Below are positions 7,822 to 14,974 of a DNA stretch of 43,064 bases, piece by piece. The notes beneath the pieces were generated by a model. The model saw only the letters and a program-made list of their open reading frames with translations. It had not been told where the DNA came from and ran no database searches. The stretch is taken from positions 1 to 43,064 of the forward strand of contig CAZTSA010000001.1 in NCBI GenBank assembly GCA_964616885.1, given 5' to 3'. The position numbers and the translations under genes are program-made. Every line of letters starts with the position of its first letter. The stretch's first letter is position 1. The DNA is from an uncultured Clostridia bacterium (GTDB taxonomy: Bacteria > UBA6262 > WVXT01).

Positions 7822-7946
7822 TATTACAAAATATAGATACTAGTCCCGGATTCGATCCTTTGGCGTCCTCCCTGAAGTGAGGATATACTGTAACCTTGTT
7901 TCACAATAACTCCAGGTTTTGAGGATGCCTGATAACAAAATAAAAA

Positions 7947-8242
7947 GGCTTGAAGTGAACCTGTAAGCCGAATTCTGTATCCCGATTGGAAATCGGGACG
8001 ATGGTTATTTGTCTGAGCGACCAACCCAAAGAGTAGTAGCGAGACGGGCCGCCTCTCCTCTGCTATTCGGTCTTGCTCCGAGTGGGGTTTAGCCTTTTCA
8101 CTACAGCATTACCTGTACCTGGTTTCTGTGCCACTTTCCGTAGGATCGCTCCCCTTCCGTTTGCACGGAACACTCTGCCCTGTGGAGTTCGGACTTTCCT
8201 CTCCGATAGATATCAGAGCAACCATCCGGTTCACATCAAGCC
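7947..8242 (-). ncRNA. rnpB: RNase P RNA, bacterial type A (compact)
   Basis: The minus strand reads GGAGAGGAAAGTCCGAACTCCACAGGGCAG, CACAGAAACCAGG, AAACCCCACTCGGAGCAAGACCGAATAG and ACAGAATTCGGCTTACAGG, matching the universally conserved regions. P1 is formed by GGCTTGATGTGAACC and GGTTCACTTCAAGCC at the two ends. Confidence 0.9.
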
Positions 8243-8417
8243 TATATGAATGTGCCCTTCAAAAACATTTTTTGAATATCGTTGATCTCAGGAACAAGGC
8301 TGGTACATACCATAGACTAGCACACGTTATAGCGTGTAGTTCTTGCCCAAAGTTGACGCTAGTATGGCCCTTTTGCAAATTTCCATTTGCGGGGGATAAA
8401 TTCTACACCACCTTGGT

Positions 8418-9026
8418 TCAGGCGGAGCTTGGCTCTGCTATCCTAAAAGTAGCCTGTCCCCTTTTTATTGCGAGATTGGCAAGTTGGTCCGCTGCCTTAT
8501 TCTCATTCCTATCTATGAGGCGATAAGTAACCTTTTCAAAGTTAACTTCTACATTTTTTGCCTGTTGAAATAGTCGCCGTAGGCCCTCATTGTTTATCCG
8601 GAATCTTCCATTCATCTGATTAATCAATAATTCGGAATCACTAAATACAATAACGCTTTCAGCTACTAGCTTCTTGCTTTCTCTTAGTCCCTGAATCAAG
8701 GCTTTGTATTCAGCCACATTATTACTGGCTGTCCCGATGTATTTCTTTACTTCTTTAATTTTTTTCTTCTTCCGGTCATAGATAACTACGCCAATTCCTG
8801 AAGGTCCGGGATTGGGCACTGCAGCTCCATCAACATATACCCTGAGATTTCTATATTTTTCGCCTAACGATGGAACTTCTAACATTGAAGCTGCAACCGA
8901 GATAGCTTTCCATATTTTATTGTCACTGAGTCCAGGCAGTTTCTTTTTCGCTGAGAGAAAAGACCTTTCCTCGACAAGAGTCTTCAATATTCTATAGGTT
9001 TCCTTACTTGGTTCGGACTTCTTCAT
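8418..9026 (-). CDS. rnhA: Ribonuclease HI-family protein with a ~70-aa N-terminal extension
   Basis: Candidate DEDD residues lie in VDGAA, NNVAEYKAL, FSDSEL and NKAADQLAN. The ATG at 9026 overlaps the upstream stop (ATGA). The last codons run into the GTAGCCTGTCCCCTTTT motif. Confidence 0.85.
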   Translation of the reverse strand: MKKSEPSKETYRILKTLVEERSFLSAKKKLPGLSDNKIWKAISVAASMLEVPSLGEKYRNLRVYVDGAAVPNPGPSGIGVVIYDRKKKKIKEVKKYIGTASNNVAEYKALIQGLRESKKLVAESVIVFSDSELLINQMNGRFRINNEGLRRLFQQAKNVEVNFEKVTYRLIDRNENKAADQLANLAIKRGQATFRIAEPSSA

Positions 9027-9796
9027 TTTTCTTCCTTGAGGTATAGTATCCTCAAACAATTTCCACAAGCTACTAAATCCTTCCCGCTCAAAACATCATT
9101 TATAACCTGAGGCGGCAAAACTATGCTGCATCCTCCACAAAATCCACCAACTACTGGAACGACCGCGACCCCATCCTTCTTTTCTCTTATTTTCTGATAT
9201 CGCCGGAAAATTTCTGGTTCGACGCTAGCTATTTTCTGTTTCTCTTCGGATTCAACCTCTTGTAGGTTCTGATTAAGGCGCTCTAATCTGTCTTTCAATT
9301 CCTTTTGCTTTCTAGTGACTTCTTCCTTTTCCTTGGCAAGCTCTTCTTCTTTTCTCTTCTCTTCAGCAAGGAGCGTTTCCTCTTGCTCCATTACTGCAAG
9401 AACTGCATCCTCAATATCACTTTTTGACTTCTTATTTTCCTCGATCTCTTTTAGTAATGCGGTATAAGCCTCGTTCGTCTTCACCGTGAATAGCTCGCTC
9501 TGGTGCTTCTTAAGTTCTTCTTCTTTCACCTTAAGGTCCAGCTCCTTATTTTTTCTATCTATCTGTAATTGGGTAATCCCCTTCTTCAACTGGTTCAGAG
9601 ATTCCTGGCTTTGTTCAAATTCCCTTGCCAATCTGTCGATTTCCTTGGGGATCTGTTCTATTTCACTCCGAATCTGGTCCAGAACTAAGTCAACTTCCTG
9701 TAATTCAATTAACCTTTCTAATTGTTCATTCACGTCTATTCCCAGAAAAAAATCTAGACTATTTATACCAAATTTCTGGGACAAAGTCAACTCCAA
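9023..9796 (-). CDS. COG1579-type coiled-coil protein with a C4 zinc ribbon
   Basis: A long heptad-rich E/K/L region is followed by CGGC...18 aa...CGNC. The start is uncertain (TTG at 9796 or the downstream GTG). Confidence 0.8.
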   Translation of the reverse strand: MELTLSQKFGINSLDFFLGIDVNEQLERLIELQEVDLVLDQIRSEIEQIPKEIDRLAREFEQSQESLNQLKKGITQLQIDRKNKELDLKVKEEELKKHQSELFTVKTNEAYTALLKEIEENKKSKSDIEDAVLAVMEQEETLLAEEKRKEEELAKEKEEVTRKQKELKDRLERLNQNLQEVESEEKQKIASVEPEIFRRYQKIREKKDGVAVVPVVGGFCGGCSIVLPPQVINDVLSGKDLVACGNCLRILYLKEEK

Positions 9797-9820
9797 AGTT
9801 CCTCCAGAGGTTGTCTGATT

Positions 9821-10498
9821 TCATTTGGTGTGACCGAGGGGCATAGCAAATAAGGGTTCTATGCCTTCTCCGAAATTGAGAGCTGTCTTTACGAAATCTC
9901 TATCCACAGAACCTACAAATATGGTCCCTAATTTTAATGCCGCACACTGCAAGTAAACATTCTCCCCAATGGCTCCTGCCTCTGCACAGACGAAGGAAAT
10001 TTTCCTTTCCATAGACAAGGTATCGGGTAATTTTGAATAATCTGCAACGAGTATTATCATAATAGGAGCCGTCTTCACATAATCCTGTGTGCCAACGCCT
10101 TTGCGTATATCTTTATCATCAATGGATGAGAGAGAATGGTTTTCAGGAATGTAAAGGAATGTGCCTTTACTTGTAGCAATATAAACCGAAACGGAATAGC
10201 GGGCCATAGCTGAAGGAGAAGTAAGTTTACCAGTGGGGCGATTAACTCCCCGTGCTGCCCATAAGATCTGTCCAATCTCTTTTTCCGTCAATTCCTGACT
10301 GGTGAAGCCTTCTTTGCTTGACCGACGAAGACTGAGCGCTTGTTCAAGACTAACTTTACTCTTTTTCTTAGGGGCAGGTAATTTCCACTCTGCTTGTGTA
10401 GACATTGGTAAGTCTTGTGCGTAATTGCATAAGGTTATAAGAAACCCTGGCCCCATTACCAAAATGAACACTGCTATTTTCCGTAATGTTTTGTTCAA
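9821..10498 (-). CDS. SagB/ThcOx-type nitroreductase-fold protein with an N-terminal signal/anchor
   Basis: It has a hydrophobic N-terminus (IAVFILVMGPGFLITLC) and nitroreductase-like blocks (RRS...F, ILWAARG, AGAIGENVYLQ). Confidence 0.7.
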   Translation of the reverse strand: MNKTLRKIAVFILVMGPGFLITLCNYAQDLPMSTQAEWKLPAPKKKSKVSLEQALSLRRSSKEGFTSQELTEKEIGQILWAARGVNRPTGKLTSPSAMARYSVSVYIATSKGTFLYIPENHSLSSIDDKDIRKGVGTQDYVKTAPIMIILVADYSKLPDTLSMERKISFVCAEAGAIGENVYLQCAALKLGTIFVGSVDRDFVKTALNFGEGIEPLFAMPLGHTK

Positions 10499-10593
10499 TT
10501 TAGTCCTCCTTTTCTTTATATTTATGTTTCTTCACCCTGACCTTGTCTTTACAGGAACAGGGTCTCTTTTTGCTTGTCTAGGAAATAGTCGAC

Positions 10594-10633
10594 AAAAAAG
10601 GAGCGCTTCTCGACGGAGTCGCTCCTTTTTTTT
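10594..10633 (-). terminator. Bidirectional intrinsic terminator downstream of tRNA-Val
   Basis: An A6 run, a GGAGCG...CGCTCC stem and a T8 run. On the minus strand the stem is followed by TTTTTT. Confidence 0.7.
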
Positions 10634-10770
10634 AAATGCGGTAAGATAAAATTTTGCTTAGCACGGCCTCTTTTTCTTTGCTGCTTTCTTCTTTTTCTTC
10701 TTGACTGGCATTGATTTCACCCCCCTCCCTCTCAAAAACGACTAGAAAACTAAGATTTGGATAATTAACC

Positions 10771-10842
10771 TGGGCAATGCTGGGGTTGAACCAGCGACCT
10801 CTGCCTTGTGAAAGCAGCGCTCTCCCTCTGAGCTAATTGCCC
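10771..10842 (-). tRNA. tRNA-Val (anticodon CAC)
   Basis: Manual cloverleaf: acceptor GGGCAAT/ATTGCCC, D arm GCTC/GAGC, anticodon arm CTGCT-TTCACAA-GGCAG, T arm GCTGG-TTCAACC-CCAGC. No CCA is encoded. Confidence 0.95.
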
Positions 10843-10904
10843 TTAAGAAGAATTTCGAAACTAATGGACTCATAAAAACATTATAGTGTGATAGTAAACT
10901 TTTG

Positions 10905-11477
10905 TCAAGAAATTTCAAACTTTTTATCCACTTTTTTGGAAATGATATTGCGCCTCTGGACGATGTAAAGTTTTCTAATTTCATTAAATAGTTCAATATA
11001 TTCCTGGGTTCGATAGTCGGGAAAAGTCCAGGACCGGAAATTAAAAGTGCCCTGGCTGAAATATGAAGTTATCTCACCATAGATTCCATCTCTTAAATAG
11101 ATTCTGTTTGGTGAATCTTTAGTGCTGGCTAAGACGAGCTTGGTGCAATCGAGGTAACCCGGGTCGAGATTAATCAGGCGGCTTGGTTTATCCCTGGAAA
11201 GCGAAAACTTTTCTTCCAGGCCGTTCGTAAAAAATTTGATTTCCACTATCTGCTTTGGCTCGATCAGGCGCTCAAAGCTAAGAAATTGTCTCTTGAGACT
11301 TGTACCCATTTCTTCCTGGTAGTAATCGGTCTTGTCAAAGTTGAATACATTGCTTTTCAAATCAACTGGCCCAAATTTCTCAACCAAGATTTGCGTTACC
11401 TCAGCAAAAAGGTCTACATCTTGAGATATCATACCCACTATTAATTTTACTTTAAGAGGCTCTTTTATTTTGCCCAT
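10905..11477 (-). CDS. DUF4416 family protein
   Basis: This is a ~190-aa protein with the DPGY motif context (INLDPGYL). I placed the start at MGKIKEP, because the longer ORF reads into the GC-rich repeat. Confidence 0.6.
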   Translation of the reverse strand: MGKIKEPLKVKLIVGMISQDVDLFAEVTQILVEKFGPVDLKSNVFNFDKTDYYQEEMGTSLKRQFLSFERLIEPKQIVEIKFFTNGLEEKFSLSRDKPSRLINLDPGYLDCTKLVLASTKDSPNRIYLRDGIYGEITSYFSQGTFNFRSWTFPDYRTQEYIELFNEIRKLYIVQRRNIISKKVDKKFEIS

Positions 11478-11479
11478 TG

Positions 11480-11612
11480 TTCCCCTCAACCCTGGCCGCC
11501 TGCCCATTCTGGGCCTTAACGGCCAAGGTGGGTCGCGCCAGACACGGGCAGGCCCTCGTCATGGCACGGGCAGACCCTCGTCACGGCCCGGGCAGGCCCA
11601 CCCTCTCTCCAA
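11480..11612. repeat. GC-rich composite repeat with three tandem ~22-bp units (gcacgggcaggccctcgtcacg) and a terminal ctctcc-aacg-gggagag hairpin
   Basis: Its sequence words are shared directly with 1-78 and 24148-24203. Confidence 0.8.
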
Positions 11613-11645
11613 CGGGGAGAGGAAAATGATGTGGAATACTTGTTT

Positions 11646-12911
11646 CTAAATCTTTAGTAATTTTAGAAATTTTTCTTTCTCGGTAATGGGACCGACCATT
11701 GCAAGATTAAGGTGCTTGTTAACGAAAATCTTCTTGGCTACTCTCTTTATGTCGTCGGAAGTGACTTTTTCAATCTCTTTCATTTGTTCTTCTGGCAGTT
11801 TAATCTTTCCCAGAAGGAGTTCTTGATGACCAAGAAAGCCTGCTACTCCTGGGGAAAGTTCCAGTTCCAGAGCCATCCTGCCTTTCAGATACTCTTTGGC
11901 TTTTCCCAATTCTTCTTCTCCAACAATTTCCTCGCAGATTCTCTTAATTTCTTCCAAAATTGTAGAAATCGCAATTTCTACTTTGGCTGTCTCCACCCCT
12001 GCGTGAACGCGCAGGTTGCCCGTGTCCAGATAAGATTCGCTGACAGAATCAACTGAATAGACTATGCCTTCTTCTTCTCGAAGACGAACGAATAGCCGTG
12101 AGCTTACCATACCTCCCAGAATCGTATTTAAGACTCTGAGGACATAATGGTCGGGATGCTTATAAGAAAAACTCTTCACTCCCAGACATAGATAAGCCTG
12201 GTCAGTTTTCCTATGCCGGAGGATAATAGCAGCGCCGGTCTGCTTTTCTTTAGAGGGCAAGAAAGTTGGTTTCTTTCTATTTTCCCATTTTGTCAAATAT
12301 TTCCTGACTAATCCTAAAGTCTTTCCAGGCTCAATATCACCGGCAATAGTCACTACAGTGCTATTGGAAGGGAATTTTTTTCTCCAATGGGTTAACAACT
12401 TTTCCCGGTCCATATTCTCAATTACCCTTTTTTTCCCGATCACTTCCCGGCCCAGAGGGTGGTTGCCGTACAGTAGAAATTTATAAGCATCTATTACCTG
12501 GATGTCTGGTTTGTCATGATGCATATTAATCTCTTCCAATATCACACCCTTTTCCTTCTCAATCTCTTCTCTTTCAAATTTGGAATTAAGCAACATGTCT
12601 GAGAGAACGTCCAGGGCAAGTTCAAGGTGTGGACTCGCCAGGTGAATGAAAAAGCCAGTGCTCTCTTCACTGGTGTAAGCGTTCAGTTCTCCTCCCACTC
12701 TATCGATAGCTTCAGAAATCGTTTTGGCACTTGGACGCTTGCTGGTACCTTTAAAGAACATATGCTCCATAAAATGAGTGATACCATTCAGTTCCTCATC
12801 TTCATACCGAGAACCTATTCCGACCAAAATCAAAACTGTGGCCGCCCGTGTTCCTCTCATGGGAGCAGTTATTAGTCTCAAACCGTTACTGAGGATAGAT
12901 TTTCTATACAT
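11646..12911 (-). CDS. M16 family (pitrilysin/insulinase-like) zinc metallopeptidase
   Basis: It has the inverted zinc motif HFMEH plus a downstream E, and is a 421-aa two-domain protein. Confidence 0.9.
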   Translation of the reverse strand: MYRKSILSNGLRLITAPMRGTRAATVLILVGIGSRYEDEELNGITHFMEHMFFKGTSKRPSAKTISEAIDRVGGELNAYTSEESTGFFIHLASPHLELALDVLSDMLLNSKFEREEIEKEKGVILEEINMHHDKPDIQVIDAYKFLLYGNHPLGREVIGKKRVIENMDREKLLTHWRKKFPSNSTVVTIAGDIEPGKTLGLVRKYLTKWENRKKPTFLPSKEKQTGAAIILRHRKTDQAYLCLGVKSFSYKHPDHYVLRVLNTILGGMVSSRLFVRLREEEGIVYSVDSVSESYLDTGNLRVHAGVETAKVEIAISTILEEIKRICEEIVGEEELGKAKEYLKGRMALELELSPGVAGFLGHQELLLGKIKLPEEQMKEIEKVTSDDIKRVAKKIFVNKHLNLAMVGPITEKEKFLKLLKI

Positions 12912-12927
12912 AACGCGATACGCCTGT

Positions 12928-13668
12928 TCAATATCTTCTACGGCGTTTCTTACCTTTTAGAAGAAGAATGAAAAATATTCCGCTTAAGAATCCGCCAATA
13001 TGTGCCCACCAAGCAATTCCTGCTGTCTGAGCAGTTCCCAAACCTAAAGTTAACACCCCGCTAAAGAACTGCATGAGAAACCAAACTCCCAGGAATATAA
13101 AAGCGGGTAACTCCACTATCTGGAAAAAGAAAAAGATGGGAACAAGAGCTATGACTGTGGATTTAGGATAGAGGATGAAATATGCACCAAGGACCCCGGC
13201 AATAGCTCCACTGGCACCAATCGAAGGGACAGTAGAAGTGGGATTGGTAAAGATATGGGCCAAGCTTGCCCCAAAACCGCAGAGGAGATAGAAAATTGGA
13301 AATTTGAAATGCCCCAATCTATCTTCTATATTATCGGCAAAGACCCAAAGATACAACATATTGCCCAAGAGGTGAACCCATCCTCCATGTAAGAAGAGGG
13401 AAGTGACTATTGGCAAATAACGTTCAAAAAGTCCTTTAAATAAGTAGATTCGGGAATCAAGAAAGCGTGCAGGAACAACGCCGGCAAATTTCACGAATTG
13501 GGGCAAGTGTCGGCCCAGGCTAATCTCATAGAAAAAGACAGAGACGTTTGCCAGAATTAAAAGCACAGTGGCAATGGGATACCTTTCTGACGGTATAGTA
13601 TCTTTAAGTGGAATCATCTTAAATTTCTGCTTACCGGGCGACGAAATTTGCTGTAGCAAGCCACCCAA
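12928..13668 (-). CDS. Rhomboid family intramembrane serine protease
   Basis: It has HGGWVHLLGNMLYLW, GASGAIAGVLG (catalytic Ser) and a downstream AHIGG (His), with multiple TM helices. The start may be the internal Met at 13617. Confidence 0.9.
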   Translation of the reverse strand: MGGLLQQISSPGKQKFKMIPLKDTIPSERYPIATVLLILANVSVFFYEISLGRHLPQFVKFAGVVPARFLDSRIYLFKGLFERYLPIVTSLFLHGGWVHLLGNMLYLWVFADNIEDRLGHFKFPIFYLLCGFGASLAHIFTNPTSTVPSIGASGAIAGVLGAYFILYPKSTVIALVPIFFFFQIVELPAFIFLGVWFLMQFFSGVLTLGLGTAQTAGIAWWAHIGGFLSGIFFILLLKGKKRRRRY

Positions 13669-13684
13669 TTTCGCAAGTGCGATT

Positions 13685-14755
13685 CTATTTTGTCGACATG
13701 CCTAATCTACGGTATAAAGAACGGAAATTGATCTCTCGATTGACCAGTTCCGCTGCCCTGGCTACCTTCTTCTTCCCGCTAACTCTCAGACGTCTCAAGA
13801 GATCTTCTATTTTCTCAACGGTTGTGAGTGTATCTTCTTTAACTACCATCATAGGCACTTCACGTTCTTCTGCTCGAGAAACGATAATATCGTTAGGGAA
13901 AAGACTTCCTGTCAAGACAATACATCTCGTAGAGGTTTCCAGTGCAGCGAGCTGAATGTCTGGACGGTCGCCTCCAGTAATAACCGCCTTGTTCCGAACC
14001 TTTCGGAAATACCTTAAAGCTCCTTCAACGTTCATAGCGCCTATCATAAAATGTTCCACTAACTCATCCATTTTGTCATCGCAACACAGAATTTCTCCTC
14101 CCAGGTTATCGCGGAGTTCGCCAATACTAATAGCATTCAATGTGGTGTCCTGGGGAATCATGCCCAAAACTTCTATCCGTTCCCTGTTCAAAAAAGGAAC
14201 TATTCTTCTTTTGAAATACTCAAGCTTGTCTACAGCTATCCGGTTCAGAACGACGCCTATAAAATTGTCTCCCAGAATCTCGCTTGCAGCAAGAATAGGG
14301 TCTACTAAAATATCTGTTTCGCACCTGTCAATTAGGATGGCTTTTGCCTTCATCTTCTTAATTAGTTTTTTCCCCGGGATGCCCAGTAGCGAACCTTCAT
14401 GGAGATTGCCCCCTCCTCCTATCAAAACCAAATCTCTATTCCGGGTAATCTTACTATAAGCGTCCATTACTTTCTTCTGGATACTTCTTATCTTTCCGGT
14501 GTATGCTTGGATGGTTAGGTCCTGAGTCAAAACCACCGGACAAACCAAATCCAATGGGTCCCGGAGTCCCAGGATCTCCTCCATGGCTACTCCATCCTGG
14601 TCGGCTAATACCTTGCCCACTCTGACGGGAAGTCTTCCCAGAGGTTTAAAATAGCCAACGGATATGCCATCGCTTTGAAACCTCTTTCCCAAACCGATAC
14701 AAACCAGAGTCTTTCCGGAATATTCACAAGTAGAACCTACATATAAAGAAACCAT
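13685..14755 (-). CDS. Pta N-terminal-like protein (CobQ/BioD-like P-loop domain plus DRTGG domain), lacking the phosphotransacetylase catalytic domain
   Basis: It has GKT in YSGKTLVCIGL and a DRTGG-type block (VITGGDRPDIQLAALE...CIVLTG). Confidence 0.7.
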   Translation of the reverse strand: MVSLYVGSTCEYSGKTLVCIGLGKRFQSDGISVGYFKPLGRLPVRVGKVLADQDGVAMEEILGLRDPLDLVCPVVLTQDLTIQAYTGKIRSIQKKVMDAYSKITRNRDLVLIGGGGNLHEGSLLGIPGKKLIKKMKAKAILIDRCETDILVDPILAASEILGDNFIGVVLNRIAVDKLEYFKRRIVPFLNRERIEVLGMIPQDTTLNAISIGELRDNLGGEILCCDDKMDELVEHFMIGAMNVEGALRYFRKVRNKAVITGGDRPDIQLAALETSTRCIVLTGSLFPNDIIVSRAEEREVPMMVVKEDTLTTVEKIEDLLRRLRVSGKKKVARAAELVNREINFRSLYRRLGMSTK

Positions 14756-14770
14756 ATAGTCCTCCTCTTA

Positions 14771-14888
14771 CAAATCCCAAATCCCAAATCCCAAATTTCA
14801 AATCCCAAATTACGGGCATAAAGCCCTCCACTACGAATCAAAATCAAAAATCAAAGACCAAAAATCAAAAATTGCGGGCATAAAACCC
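14771..14888. repeat. Two tandem-heptamer modules, (CAAATCC)n and (AATCAAA)n, each ending in CGGGCATAAARCC
   Basis: A direct read shows 6 heptamers at 14771-14812 followed by cgggcataaagcc. A second A-rich module ends in gcgggcataaaaccc. There is a related locus at 33993-34040. Confidence 0.85.
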
Positions 14889-14974
14889 GACTTTTTGGGT
14901 GGCAGAAAAAGTAGCCTGTCCCCTTTTCCGGACCCCTCCCTTTCGGGAGGACTCCAGGCCATTTGACAACGACG

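Noticed and set aside
7848-7858. GGATTCGATCC, a T-loop-like word downstream of rnpB, considered as a tRNA or tmRNA 3' end
   Set aside because: I could not build an acceptor stem, an anticodon arm or tmRNA tag-like features around it.
8322-8337. Palindrome ACACGTTATAGCGTGT resembling an NrdR box
   Set aside because: It lies upstream of rnpB, not of an RNR gene. It is a single copy (NrdR boxes usually come in pairs), and its central positions deviate from the consensus.
7824-8526. Track ORFs 7824-8024 (-) and 8128-8526 (+)
   Set aside because: Both overlap the RNase P RNA gene (7947-8242) or its flanks. They have no SD and no recognisable protein features. The RNA gene explains why the region is conserved-looking and GC-rich.
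13956-14459. Long plus-strand ORFs inside minus-strand genes (for example 13956-14459, 19769-20224, 28966-29448, 32394-32933, 34345-34773)
   Set aside because: They are antisense shadow ORFs with Ser/Leu/Pro-rich, low-complexity translations. In every case the opposite strand carries a strongly supported gene.
14771-14888. Tandem repeats considered as a possible CRISPR array (also 11540-11600)
   Set aside because: The units are 7 bp or ~22 bp, directly abutting with no unique spacers. There are no cas genes in the window.
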